The notes under the pieces: model-generated
What the model was told of the DNA's origin: nothing
The model's database searches: none
What the model saw: only the letters and a program-made list of their open reading frames with translations
Program-made: the position numbers and the translations under genes
Part shown: one piece after another, positions 1-9,371 of the stretch
How positions within the stretch are numbered: the stretch's first letter is position 1
Layout of the letters: every line of letters begins with the position of its first letter
Assembly (NCBI GenBank): GCA_963787105.1
Contig: CAWBBU010000012.1
Coordinates: forward strand, 116,189-180,188
Length of the DNA stretch: 64,000 nucleotides
Source of the DNA: an uncultured Bacillota bacterium
GTDB taxonomy: Bacteria > Sysuimicrobiota > Sysuimicrobiia > Sysuimicrobiales > Segetimicrobiaceae
Direction: 5' to 3'

Positions 1-1405
1 ACTAGAGACGGCGGAGCAGCATCTTCCGCCCACTGACTCATCTGACGCCGCGCGTGGGATTCGCGGACGGATCACGCTGGTCCGGGCGCTCGCGGCCGGA
101 CCGCGAGGCGAGTTTGACCGGTCCGTGGTGCTGGCGGCGGAGGCGTACCACCTGCTCCCGGAGCACGATGTGGAGGGACGGGCGTTTGCGCAGGTATGGG
201 CTGCGGGCGGGTTTTTGATGAGCGGCGACGTGACGGCTTCCAGCGAGGCCGCGCTGGCCGCCGCGACCGCGCACGCTGCGGCACTGGGGTTCCCACGCTT
301 GGAGCGGGTCGGGCTAAGCGCGCTTTCTCGCCTGTACATGTTTCAAGGCCGACTGCACCGGGCGGCGCTGACCTTGAGTCAGGCTGAGGAGACATTCAGC
401 GCCGCCGCGTCGGCGGGTCCTCCGATGTACTACTTCACCCATGGGGAGTTGCTGCGGGAGTGGGATGAGTTAGGCAAGGCCGACGGGCTGCTGCAACGAG
501 GGGTCGAGTACATCTCCGCATTCAACCTTACCGACGGATGGACGGCCGTGCGGGGATACGGCTCGCTCGCGCGGCTCCGGCAGGCGCGGGGCGACAGCCG
601 TGGCGCCACGGCGATCCTCGACGCATTCGCGGTCGTGGCGCGGCAGCGCGAGATGAACCCGCACCTCTCCGCCCATGCGGCCGCGGTTCGTGCCCACTTG
701 TGGCTGATGCAAGGCAATTACGCGGCCGCGGCGCGGTGGGCGGCCGCGTGCGGGCTCACGGCCGGCGATCAGGCGAATTATCTCCGCGAGACGGAGTATT
801 GCGCGCTGGCGCGCGTCCTGATCGCGCAGAAGAGTCACACGGTACTACCGCTGCTCGACACGCTCCTGCGCGACGCTGAGAGCAAGAACCGCGTGGGGAG
901 CGTTATCGAGATCCTGGTCCTGGTCAGTCTCGCATTACGGGCGCTCGGGAACCGGACCGGAGCGCTCTCCAGTCTTGCGCGTGCCCTGGCCCTTGGCGAG
1001 CCCGAGGGCTATGTGCGGGTGTTTGTGGACGAAGGGGGCCCCATGGCCTCGTTGCTGCGCCGTGCGCGAGTGCAGGGGATCGCACCGGAATATAGTGCAC
1101 GATTGCTCGAGATTCTCCAGAATCAGCCTCGCGATCCGAACCCGACGGAACCACACGGTTCGCGTTCGCCGAGTACCCCGGCCACCAACGTCCCCAGTTC
1201 GACACCGCTTGTCGAGCCACTCACGGAGCGCGAGCGGGAAGTGCTCAGGCTGGTGATCCTCGCAGACTCAAACCAGGAGATCGCGCGCAAGCTTGCCATC
1301 GGTGTTGGGACCGTGAAGACGCACCTTGGCCGCATCTTCGGCAAGCTCGGCGTACGAAGTCGGACTCAGGCGATCCTCATGGCGAAAGATCTGCATCTGG
1401 ACTGA
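1..1405 (+). CDS. MalT-like LuxR-family transcriptional regulator (TPR + C-terminal HTH), 5' partial
   Basis: Frame is open from position 2. C-terminal LTEREREVLRL..SNQEIARKLAIGVGTVKTHLGRIFGKLGVRSRTQA is a LuxR HTH. ALALGEPEGYVRVFVDEG is typical of MalT-like proteins. Confidence 0.9.
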   Translation, partial: LETAEQHLPPTDSSDAARGIRGRITLVRALAAGPRGEFDRSVVLAAEAYHLLPEHDVEGRAFAQVWAAGGFLMSGDVTASSEAALAAATAHAAALGFPRLERVGLSALSRLYMFQGRLHRAALTLSQAEETFSAAASAGPPMYYFTHGELLREWDELGKADGLLQRGVEYISAFNLTDGWTAVRGYGSLARLRQARGDSRGATAILDAFAVVARQREMNPHLSAHAAAVRAHLWLMQGNYAAAARWAAACGLTAGDQANYLRETEYCALARVLIAQKSHTVLPLLDTLLRDAESKNRVGSVIEILVLVSLALRALGNRTGALSSLARALALGEPEGYVRVFVDEGGPMASLLRRARVQGIAPEYSARLLEILQNQPRDPNPTEPHGSRSPSTPATNVPSSTPLVEPLTEREREVLRLVILADSNQEIARKLAIGVGTVKTHLGRIFGKLGVRSRTQAILMAKDLHLD

Positions 1406-1447
1406 CGACGATCGCTTCGGTTCGGATACACCAGAAAAAACCGGTTG

Positions 1448-1492
1448 TATCACTTTAGTCGGACGACCCCGGGTCCCGTGGTGGTCTATGAT
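1448..1492 (+). promoter_or_regulatory. Putative operator copy 1 (TATCACTTTAGTCGGACGAC) with -10-like TATGAT
   Basis: 20-mer matches 2138-2157 at 17/20. TATGAT lies at 1487-1492. Confidence 0.5.
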
Positions 1493-1772
1493 GCCTGTTG
1501 GGGAGGTCGAGTGGTCGTAGCATCGCGGCCTCTGGTACGCAGGACGGCTAGGCGTGCCGCATAGTCCATCGAGGCGCGGGAGACGCGGGGCGCTTGACCA
1601 TGCGCCAACGGTCTGGCTCGGTCCCGTCCCGTGCCGCGGAGCGTTGCGGGAGGCACATTCAATGGAGCGCCAGTCCGGCGTCGCCGACGCCGACCGATGA
1701 CGACACTCTCATCGAGAGTCGGAACGTGCTGCCCGGGCGGAACGGCGCGCGGGGCCGTGACAAGGAGACCAC

Positions 1773-1973
1773 ATGGGGATCCGGTATGAGATCCGCGTCC
1801 GCGGGCCCCTCGGCATCTCAATGGCCACGTGGTTTGATGGCTTCGTGGTCACCGAGGAGGCAGCTGGAGATACGATCATCACGGGTGACGTGGTCGACGA
1901 ATCTGCGTTCTACGGGCTCATGAGCCGCGCGCGCGACCTCGGCTTGACGATTGTATCGGTGGAGCGCCGTTGA
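1773..1973 (+). CDS. Small conserved hypothetical protein (YEIRVRG..WFDG..D.SA.YGL..ARDLGL.IVSV), usual neighbour of MalT-like LuxR regulators
   Basis: 66-aa ORF with AAGGAG RBS and a recognisable family motif. Confidence 0.8.
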   Translation: MGIRYEIRVRGPLGISMATWFDGFVVTEEAAGDTIITGDVVDESAFYGLMSRARDLGLTIVSVERR

Positions 1974-2137
1974 GCGGGACCGGACCGCACCAGTCGCAGG
2001 ATCCCCGCGCGGCATCCGTGTTCCACCACGTCGGGTGCTCGCGGCGTGCGAACTCCGACGGTCGCGAGCCCGGGACCGCGCGTCTGGACGGGCATCGCGC
2101 GTTTCGGCACGAGAATGTTCCACGACTTAGGCGACCC

Positions 2138-2181
2138 TATGACTTTGGTCAGACGACTTTTGTCCCCGCGTGGGTTAGGCT
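2138..2181 (+). promoter_or_regulatory. Putative operator copy 2 (TATGACTTTGGTCAGACGAC) with -10-like TAGGCT
   Basis: Repeat of the 1448-1467 motif. TAGGCT lies at 2176-2181. Confidence 0.5.
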
Positions 2182-2278
2182 GTGTACGCGGGTGACGCCA
2201 GAGGACATTCGGCAGGGGGCGACACTGGCGGTCGACCCGCTACAAGAAGATGTGCGAGAGAACCTCGGAGGAGGCACC

Positions 2279-2668
2279 GTGGCAAACTTAGTGACGCACT
2301 TTGAGATCTACGCCGACAAGCCGGGGCCACTCGCGGATTTCTACCGGGAGCTGTTCGGGTGGGAGGTCAACAAGGCCCCCGGGGTCGATTATTGGCGGAT
2401 TCAGACCGGGCCGTCTCCGGCCGCAGGGTTGGGCGGCGGCATCACGTATCGCCCGACGCCGGGACCGCGCCACTGGGCGTACTACGTGCAGGTCGCATCG
2501 CTCGATGAGACGATCGCCGCGGTCGAGCGGCTCGGCGGGTCGGTCGTGCGTCCTAGAACCGCCGTCCCCAAAACCGCCTGGTTCGCGTTCGTCGCTGACC
2601 CGGCCGGTAACATCTTCGGCATTTGGCAAGCGGACCCGACCGCGTTTCCGCCGCCGGAGCCGGACTGA
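2279..2668 (+). CDS. VOC/glyoxalase family protein
   Basis: Motifs VTHFEI..FYRELFGW, YVQVASLDE and FVADPAGNIFGIWQ. GGAGG RBS precedes GTG 2279. Confidence 0.9.
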   Translation: MANLVTHFEIYADKPGPLADFYRELFGWEVNKAPGVDYWRIQTGPSPAAGLGGGITYRPTPGPRHWAYYVQVASLDETIAAVERLGGSVVRPRTAVPKTAWFAFVADPAGNIFGIWQADPTAFPPPEPD

Positions 2669-2795
2669 CAGCCGGTGGCTACGCAGGCGCACGTCAGAAG
2701 TCTTGGGGCGACGGCCCTCGGTCGTGGAACGAAAACCGGCAGTGGTAGGGCAGTGGCAGGACGATATACCGTAAACTCTGAAGGGAGATGATGAG

Positions 2796-3938
2796 ATGTA
2801 TTTTACTGACGATTCGATCCTCCCGGAGAATATGCAGCCCCTGATTATTACGGTGGCTCCCTTCGGGCCACAGTGGCTCCCGGGCGACGCCGACATCCCG
2901 GTCACCTGGGATGAGCAGGTGCAGGTGGCGGTCGACTGTTACAACGCCGGCGCCACCATGCTGCATGTCCACGTGCGGAACCCGGCGACCGGAAAAGGGT
3001 CCATCGACTTCGATCAGTACAATTACTTCATCGGGAGACTCAAACAGGCCGTCCCGAAGATGATCCTGCAGGTCGGCGGCTCAATCTCGTTTTCGCCGAA
3101 GACCGCCGAGGCGAAAGCGAAGTGGCTCGACTACGACACGCGCCATATGCTCACCGAACTCGATCCGAAGCCCGAGTATGTCACCGTGGCGATCGGCACG
3201 ACGCAGTGGGACATCATGTCGTTGATGAGCAAAGACGACGTCAAGGGGACGCATCTCGACGATCCGATGGTGCAGGCCGCGTGGGCCGGGATGATGGTGG
3301 ACGCGGCTCCGGCCTTTTATCTCGAGCACCTCAAGCGGCTCCGCAAGCACGGGATTCAGCCCTACTTCGTGCCGGCCCACGTGCACCAGATTGAGATTAT
3401 CGAACGGCTGATGCGGGCCGGCGTCTACATGGGCCCGATGAATACGGCGATCGCCGGATATGGCGGCGGCACGATCGGCCGCAACCCGTTCGACTGGATG
3501 GAGGCGCTCCGTCGCATGCCGCAAGGCGCGATCGTCACCTTTTGGTCGAGTATGCGCGGATTGATCTCGCTGTCGGCCATGGCGCTCGTCCTCGGGCAGC
3601 ACGTACGGGTCGGCAACGAGGACAACCTGTGGGGGGCCAACCGCCAGCGCCTGACGTCGGTGCAGCAGGTCGAGGGCGTGGTGCGGATCTGCGAACAGTT
3701 CGGCCGCAAGGTGGCGACGGCCGAGGAGGCGCGCAAGATCATGAAGGTCGGTGTCTGGTACGACACCGTGGAAGAGACCCTGCGGAATCTCGGTCTGCCG
3801 CCGAACCGGAAGGGCGAGGATCTCGGCTTCCTAGTCTGGGAGACAGATGGGAAGAAAACGATCACGTTGAACGCCAGCGACTCGCACCCCATCGCCTACT
3901 GCATGGTGCCGCCCGAATCGGTGGATAAGGTGCGGTGA
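2796..3938 (+). CDS. BKACE / 3-keto-5-aminohexanoate cleavage family protein (DUF849)
   Basis: Motifs PLIITVAP, AGATMLHVHVR (Zn-binding HxH) and HVRVGNEDNL. Confidence 0.9.
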   Translation: MYFTDDSILPENMQPLIITVAPFGPQWLPGDADIPVTWDEQVQVAVDCYNAGATMLHVHVRNPATGKGSIDFDQYNYFIGRLKQAVPKMILQVGGSISFSPKTAEAKAKWLDYDTRHMLTELDPKPEYVTVAIGTTQWDIMSLMSKDDVKGTHLDDPMVQAAWAGMMVDAAPAFYLEHLKRLRKHGIQPYFVPAHVHQIEIIERLMRAGVYMGPMNTAIAGYGGGTIGRNPFDWMEALRRMPQGAIVTFWSSMRGLISLSAMALVLGQHVRVGNEDNLWGANRQRLTSVQQVEGVVRICEQFGRKVATAEEARKIMKVGVWYDTVEETLRNLGLPPNRKGEDLGFLVWETDGKKTITLNASDSHPIAYCMVPPESVDKVR

Positions 3939-4102
3939 CGCGCACACCGGATGTCCGCGGGTCCCGCCGCTGCCTCGCGGCGGGACCCGTGAATCTGCGC
4001 GTGACCAGGAGGCACGACCACCTCGGACGGCACTGTAGGCGGTAGGACGATCGTGGCACAAGCGCATACTCGGCGCGAGTCGAACGTCGAAGGAGGTGAT
4101 CG

Positions 4103-4411
4103 ATGGGAGCATTTGTCGAGGTGATGCGTCTCGAGGAGCTCCTCCCCGGGACCGCCACGTCCGTCACGGTCGCCGGGAAGGATGTGGCGCTGTTTAATGT
4201 CGACGGCACCGTCTACGCGATGGAGGACGGGTGCCTTCACCACGGATCCTCGCTTGGCATGGGCCAGCTCGAGGGCAAGATCGTCACCTGTCGGTCGCAC
4301 GGGTGGCGGTACGACGTCACGACAGGCAGCACCGTGCACGTGCCGGGGTATGGGGTCGCAACGTTTCCGGTAAAGGTCGTGGACGGGAAGATCCTGGTTG
4401 ATCCGGCCTGA
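4103..4411 (+). CDS. Rieske [2Fe-2S] ferredoxin
   Basis: CLHHG...CRSHGWRY ligand motifs and a GGAGG RBS. Confidence 0.92.
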   Translation: MGAFVEVMRLEELLPGTATSVTVAGKDVALFNVDGTVYAMEDGCLHHGSSLGMGQLEGKIVTCRSHGWRYDVTTGSTVHVPGYGVATFPVKVVDGKILVDPA

Positions 4412-4616
4412 CGGTGTTCCCGCATCGCGAATGCGATAGGACGCCATCGGGCGCGCCGGCCGGTCACGCGCCCACGATCCGGAAGGCACACGCGGGCCGT
4501 CGGTCGCTCCGGGGCGTGCGCCGCTGGAAGAGGACCGGAACACGCGAAGCTCGATGATCAATCGCGCGCGACGCCGCCCCGCTGATCGGGAGAATTTTTT
4601 ACAGGAGGCGTGACAG

Positions 4617-5375
4617 ATGACGAGTCCACGTGCTGACGTGACACCGATGAGCGACGAGCCGCAGGCGAACGGGCCCTGGGATTCCACGGTCTCCATCCTG
4701 CGCGAATGGGATCCCGGGTGGACGGAAGCTTGCGTGAAGATGACCACGGACCCGTGGACCCGCGGCGTTCTCCCACGGAGGTTCATCGAACTCGTCAGTG
4801 TCGGGCTCAACGCGGCGTGTACGAACCTCAATAGGGACGGCACGCGCCGTCACATCCGCGCCGCACTCGAGGCGGGCGCGACACGCGAAGAGATTTTGTT
4901 CGTCCTCAAAGCCGCGTCGATCATGTCCATCCACTCGTGCAGTCTCGGCGCGCCTATTCTCCTTGAGGAAGCGAAGTTGGCAGGGGTGACGCCCGCGCCG
5001 AAGGCGGCGGCCGCGACGCCAGCCTGTGATGCGATGCGCTCGATCGGCCAGTGGAACACGGCATGGGATCCGTTTTACGAGCTCGATCCGGGATGGACCG
5101 ACGCGTTTTTCGCAACGGCGATTCCCTTGTACAGGGGCGGCGTCCTGCCCCCCAAGGAAATTGAGCTGCTCAGCGTCGCCTGCGACGCGTCCTTTACGCA
5201 TATGTACGCGCCAGGTACGCGGCGGCACATCAAGGCGGCGCTCAAGCTTGGAGCGACGATCGAGGAGATCATGGAAGTCCTCAAGCTCTGCGTCGCGCAG
5301 GGAATTCAGGCCTGTAATCTGGGCGTGCCGATCCTGGCGGAGGAATGCGAGCGTCGCAGCGGAGTTGGCAGGTGA
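4617..5375 (+). CDS. Carboxymuconolactone decarboxylase (CMD) family protein, two tandem domains
   Basis: Internal duplication: GTRRHIRAALEAGATREEI / GTRRHIKAALKLGATIEEI. Confidence 0.88.
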   Translation: MTSPRADVTPMSDEPQANGPWDSTVSILREWDPGWTEACVKMTTDPWTRGVLPRRFIELVSVGLNAACTNLNRDGTRRHIRAALEAGATREEILFVLKAASIMSIHSCSLGAPILLEEAKLAGVTPAPKAAAATPACDAMRSIGQWNTAWDPFYELDPGWTDAFFATAIPLYRGGVLPPKEIELLSVACDASFTHMYAPGTRRHIKAALKLGATIEEIMEVLKLCVAQGIQACNLGVPILAEECERRSGVGR

Positions 5376-5654
5376 TGACGGTCGCGGAGACGCGTGAAGC
5401 CGGACCTTGGACGCGCACGCCGACGTCCCGCCGACGATGGACGTAACGGCGGCTAAGCCGATGCACGCGCTGTTGTGCGCCCTCCCCCCGGACGGGAAGA
5501 GGGCCCGGTGGGAGATGGCGCGACTACAGCCATACTGTCGCCTCACCGACGGACATGGGGCCCTGTCGGCGGACGGCTGTGTAACTCCGTTGGCTTTAAA
5601 AGGCAATAAAGTCAGCGTGTGTGGACGGCGGCGGACGCTGGTGGAATCGGGCGA

Positions 5655-5706
5655 CACTCGTTTGGCGTAGAGGAGGTCGAGGGTTCAAATTCCCTCCAGC
5701 TCCACC
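5655..5706 (+). pseudogene. Isolated 3' half of tRNA-Ala (GGC-like), probable att duplication of an integrated element
   Basis: Sequence ...TGGCGTAGAGGAGGTC GAGGG TTCAAATT CCCTC CAGCTCC A CC contains the variable loop, T-arm and Ala-type acceptor 3' strand. No GGGGCTG 5' strand or D-arm lies upstream. Confidence 0.7.
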
Positions 5707-5825
5707 GTCCCGGTCCCGCCCGCGGCCGGCAAACATCATCCCCCATCAACACATGTCTGTTACAATGGACAGCGAATACTTAGTTGAATGCGCGCGACGA
5801 GACACTTCCAGAGGGAGGCGATCAC

Positions 5826-6317
5826 GTGGGTCTGATGAAGAAGATGTTCGCGGTGGGTGCGCTGCTGGCGCTGAGCGCGCTGGTGCTTGGGATGCCGATG
5901 TCAGGGTATGCGCAGTCCCCGCATATGGGCGGGGACGCGATGCTGGTCAGCCAGATCCAGACTGAACTGAAGACGGCCACGTTCCATTCCGGTGAACTTG
6001 CCCAGAAGGTCAACACGATCGCGGGCGTCCAACTGCATCTGCACCACGTCATCAACTGCCTCGAGGGGCCGAGCGGTCCGGACTACCTCGCCGCGGCCGG
6101 GTACCCGTGCCAGGGACAGGGCAATGGGATCATTCCGGACCTCAAGGTCGCCGTGATGCACATGGTTCCGGGTTCGACCGCCGCGCTGCAGGAGGCACAG
6201 ACGTGCCTGATGCTCGCGCTGCAGTCCGTGACGTCGAAGGATATCAACGAGGCCCAGCCGTTCGCGCTCGTGATCTCGCGGCACCTGCAGACGGCGAGCC
6301 AGTATCTCAGCCAGTAG
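5826..6317 (+). CDS. Secreted helical hypothetical protein (HHVINCLEG..PCQGQGNGIIPDL family), paralog 1
   Basis: Signal peptide MKKMFAVGALLALSALVLG..AQ. Shares its motif with 6378-6875. Confidence 0.8.
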   Translation: MGLMKKMFAVGALLALSALVLGMPMSGYAQSPHMGGDAMLVSQIQTELKTATFHSGELAQKVNTIAGVQLHLHHVINCLEGPSGPDYLAAAGYPCQGQGNGIIPDLKVAVMHMVPGSTAALQEAQTCLMLALQSVTSKDINEAQPFALVISRHLQTASQYLSQ

Positions 6318-6377
6318 CCTTGGGCCCACGCGGACACGGCGGACGGCGCGCCCGGGAACGTTGAGACGGGCGCGCCG

Positions 6378-6875
6378 ATGAACGCGTGCACGATCCGGGC
6401 CGTGGGGACGCTCCTCGCGGCGGCCGCGCTCGTGCTCAGCGCGCCAGTGTCCGGGCGCGCGGGGAATAACGGGCAGCTCCCGTCCGGTGTCGCGAACAGC
6501 CTGCTCGTTGGGCAGATCCAGGCCGAGCTGAAGACCGCGACGTCGCGTGCCCGCGAACTCGCGCAGCAAGGCACGACGCTGGCGGGCGTGCAGCTGTATC
6601 TGAATCACGTGGTGAACTGTCTTGAGGGACCGCAGGCCGGGTATGCCAATCCGTCCGCGAATCCGTGTCGAGGACAGGGCAAAGGGATCATCCCGGATCT
6701 CCAAATGGCGGTGCTGCAGAATCTTCCGGGTGCCCGCGCCGCGATGCAGGAAGCGCAAACATCCCTGACACTGGCGCTGCAGGCGCTGCAGCTTGCGGAC
6801 GTCGCGAGCGCGCGCCCGGCCGCGGTGACGGTCTCGAAGCACCTCGAGACCGCGAACAAGTACATCGGCGAGTAA
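6378..6875 (+). CDS. Secreted helical hypothetical protein, paralog 2
   Basis: Signal peptide plus NHVVNCLEG..NPCRGQGKGIIPDL. Confidence 0.8.
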   Translation: MNACTIRAVGTLLAAAALVLSAPVSGRAGNNGQLPSGVANSLLVGQIQAELKTATSRARELAQQGTTLAGVQLYLNHVVNCLEGPQAGYANPSANPCRGQGKGIIPDLQMAVLQNLPGARAAMQEAQTSLTLALQALQLADVASARPAAVTVSKHLETANKYIGE

Positions 6876-6975
6876 CGCGATGCAGAGTCGGGTGCGGGTC
6901 TGGCGGCGTGAGCCGCCGGACCCGTCCTGTTATCTGGGCGCCGTCCGGCGAATGCAGGCGGGGACGCCCGGCGCC

Positions 6976-7521
6976 TTACTGACCGACGATCGCGGCGGTG
7001 TAGCCCGCGGTGCGCACACGGCGCGCGAGCGCCTGCGCGTCCTGCTTCGATCCAAACTCACCGTAGTACACGACGGTTTGCCCGGCCGCGGGCGATGTGA
7101 GGTACGCTGGCATCAGTCCGATGTCGGCGGCCGCAGTGGCCAGCCGCTCGGCGACGAGCCGCGTCAACGGCCCCGAGACGACGAAGTAGTGACGGGGCGC
7201 GGCGGCCGCCCGTACCGTCCGGGACGGCCTCGGGCGGCGGACCGCGCGGACGACGCGGGTGATGTGGCCGGCGGGCTGCGGGACCTCAAGGCGAAGATCC
7301 TCGCGGAGCACGCTCGCGGTGTCTTGCGGCGGTGCGGCGGGTGCGGGGCGCACCGCGGCGGTCACGACGGGCATCCGCGCGGGCGCGTCGGGGTGCGGCG
7401 CCGCGGCGTGGAGCCACCCGGCGGAGCCGAGCGCAAACCCGATGAGCAAGGCGACCGCGACGGTCGCCGCCGGGATGGCGAGATGGCCGTGGCGTGCGGC
7501 GCGTCCCGGCTGCGGGGGCAA
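6976..7521 (-). CDS. TM + SPOR-domain protein (probably the C-terminus of the upstream GAF-GGDEF gene via a frameshift)
   Basis: Hydrophobic TVAVALLIGFALG. C-terminal VYYGEFGSKQDAQALARRVRTAGYTAAIV is SPOR-like. Confidence 0.65.
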   Translation of the reverse strand: MPPQPGRAARHGHLAIPAATVAVALLIGFALGSAGWLHAAAPHPDAPARMPVVTAAVRPAPAAPPQDTASVLREDLRLEVPQPAGHITRVVRAVRRPRPSRTVRAAAAPRHYFVVSGPLTRLVAERLATAAADIGLMPAYLTSPAAGQTVVYYGEFGSKQDAQALARRVRTAGYTAAIVGQ

Positions 7522-8575
7522 GCGACGCAGCCATGGCCCACGCGGGCCGGCGGCCGCTCACGCCCGCATGGTCCGTTCGGGAGGCTCTCGTCGTCCCGAA
7601 CAGCCGCCGTTCGGCGGCGTTGAGGAGATGTTCGAGGTTCGCGCCGTCGCCGGGCCAGGTGGCGGTGCCCCAGGTCATGCCGACCGGGGCGAGACTCCCG
7701 TCCTCGGTCTCGAGTTCCAAACGGCGGAGCCCGAGCGAGGCGAGCGTTTTTTGGGCTTCGAGCGCCGAGGCGCCGGTGAGCAGCACGAGAAATCCGTTGC
7801 CGCCGTACCGGATCGCGAGGTCCGCCGGCCGGATCTCCGCGGCGAGGATTTCCGCCACCCGCAGCGGCACGCGGTTCGCGCCGCCTTCGAACAGCGCGGC
7901 GTCGTCCCCGTCGGTATCCATGACCGCGATGGTAAAGGTCCGGTGCGTCCGGGTCCCCTCCGCGATCTCGGCCTCCACACGATCGGCAAACGCCCGGAGG
8001 TGGGCGACCTCGATCGTGCTGACGTGTTGCGCGAGCCCCGTCAGAGGGTCGGCCTCGGACACGTGGCGCAGCTGCCGCTGGAGGTGGTCCGCGACTTCGA
8101 GCGCGCCGGCGAGGTACCGGCCGACGGCAGTCAGGAGCGCCACGTCGGCCTCCCGGAGCATGTTCGGGCGCGCCCGGCCCACGGTGAGCACACCGATCGT
8201 CTGGCCGCGGACCTTGAGCGGGACGTAGAGCGCGCAGCGCACCCCGGTGCGTCCCGCGCCATCACCGGCATCGATCTCACCGCGCGAGACGAGGATCGTG
8301 CGGCCGGAGCGGAGGACGGTTTCCCACGGACCGCGGTCGGCCGGGATCGAGGCGCCGTCGAGGTTGGCGAGCAGTCCTGAGGCGGCCCGCACGACCAGGA
8401 CGTCGTCCTGCGCGCCCTCCAGCATGGCGGCCGCGCAGGACTCATACCCAAGCTCGTTCCGAAGCGTCCGGAGTACCGCGTGGAGATAATCCGTCAGACT
8501 GAGCGCGTCGGCAGACTCCGCGGCCAGGCACTCGAGAAACGTCGCGAGTCTTGTGAGTCGGGTCTCAGGCGGCAT
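7522..8575 (-). CDS. GAF domain + degenerate GGDEF domain protein
   Basis: GAF motif ALYVPLKVRGQTIGVL. Motifs DPLTGL, IRPADLAIRYGGNGF (GGDEF replaced by GGNGF) and LLNAAERRLF. The raw ORF continues to 7286 in low-complexity sequence. Confidence 0.8.
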
Positions 8576-8856
8576 GGCTTGCGCCTCCTCGGCGAACGTC
8601 GCCGAACCGCGAATGATCCCCCCAAACGTGCGTATGCCCACGGGAGCGGGCGCGTAGACGCGGCCGGGTGTCGGCCTCCGGCGCGTGCCGGCGAGACGCG
8701 AAGGATCTCACCGGCGCGCGGCCGTATAGGGGAGTCGTCGCGGCGTTCGTGCAGGGTGCGGGACCGTGCCGGCCCCGTGGCCGTCCGCGCCGTGGGGCTC
8801 GCGCAGCAGCAGGGGGGACTGACCATGGAGGCCGATGGCGTCGGGGGCGGACGCCG

Positions 8857-9255
8857 GTGCTGATCCACCCGCTCGTCGTACACTTTCCGATCGCGCTGTG
8901 GCTGACGAGCACGTTGTTTGACGTGCTGGCGCGGTGGCGGGCCGACCCCATGTTTCCACGCACGGCGTACTGGCTCGTCGGGCTCGGCCTGATCGGCGCG
9001 GCGTTCGCGATCGCGCTCGGATGGACCGATCTGCTCGCGGTCGAGGCGCAGGGCGTCGGGACGGCCGTCCTGATGAAGCACCGCTATCACAGCTGGGCGG
9101 CGTATGTGGCGACCGCGGCGTATCTCGCGAACTTCTTGTGGCGGTGGCGCACCGACAACCGGGCGGCGGACCGTATCTTGCCGCTCTCGGTCTTTGGCGC
9201 GGTGATGATCTCGATCACGGGCTATCTCGGCGGCGACCTGCGCAACGTCATGTAG
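8857..9255 (+). CDS. DUF2231-type membrane protein
   Basis: [12 protein letters not shown] and TGYLGGDL motifs. Confidence 0.85.
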   Translation: MLIHPLVVHFPIALWLTSTLFDVLARWRADPMFPRTAYWLVGLGLIGAAFAIALGWTDLLAVEAQGVGTAVLMKHRYHSWAAYVATAAYLANFLWRWRTDNRAADRILPLSVFGAVMISITGYLGGDLRNVM

Positions 9256-9371
9256 GGCGGCGCGCGCGGCATCGCGCGCCCGGTGGGCAGGGCTGGCGTT
9301 CCGGCGGCACGAAATACGGACGGCGGTCCCGCCGTACTTCCTCACGTGGTCAGGTGGACCCGGAGCGCCGT

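Noticed and set aside
5407-5706. Possible intact tRNA or tmRNA, and the 87-aa ORF 5407-5670
   Set aside because: No 5' acceptor strand, D-arm or tag reading frame was found, and the ORF has no RBS or motif. Kept only as a tRNA 3' fragment.
7522-8060. Active diguanylate cyclase or Hypr-type cGAMP synthase
   Set aside because: The signature is GGNGF and the DxDxFKxxND..GH segment is lost, so catalysis is unlikely.
9256-9371. T-box leader before leuS
   Set aside because: The region is too short and has no T-box consensus or terminator. alaS has no leader either.
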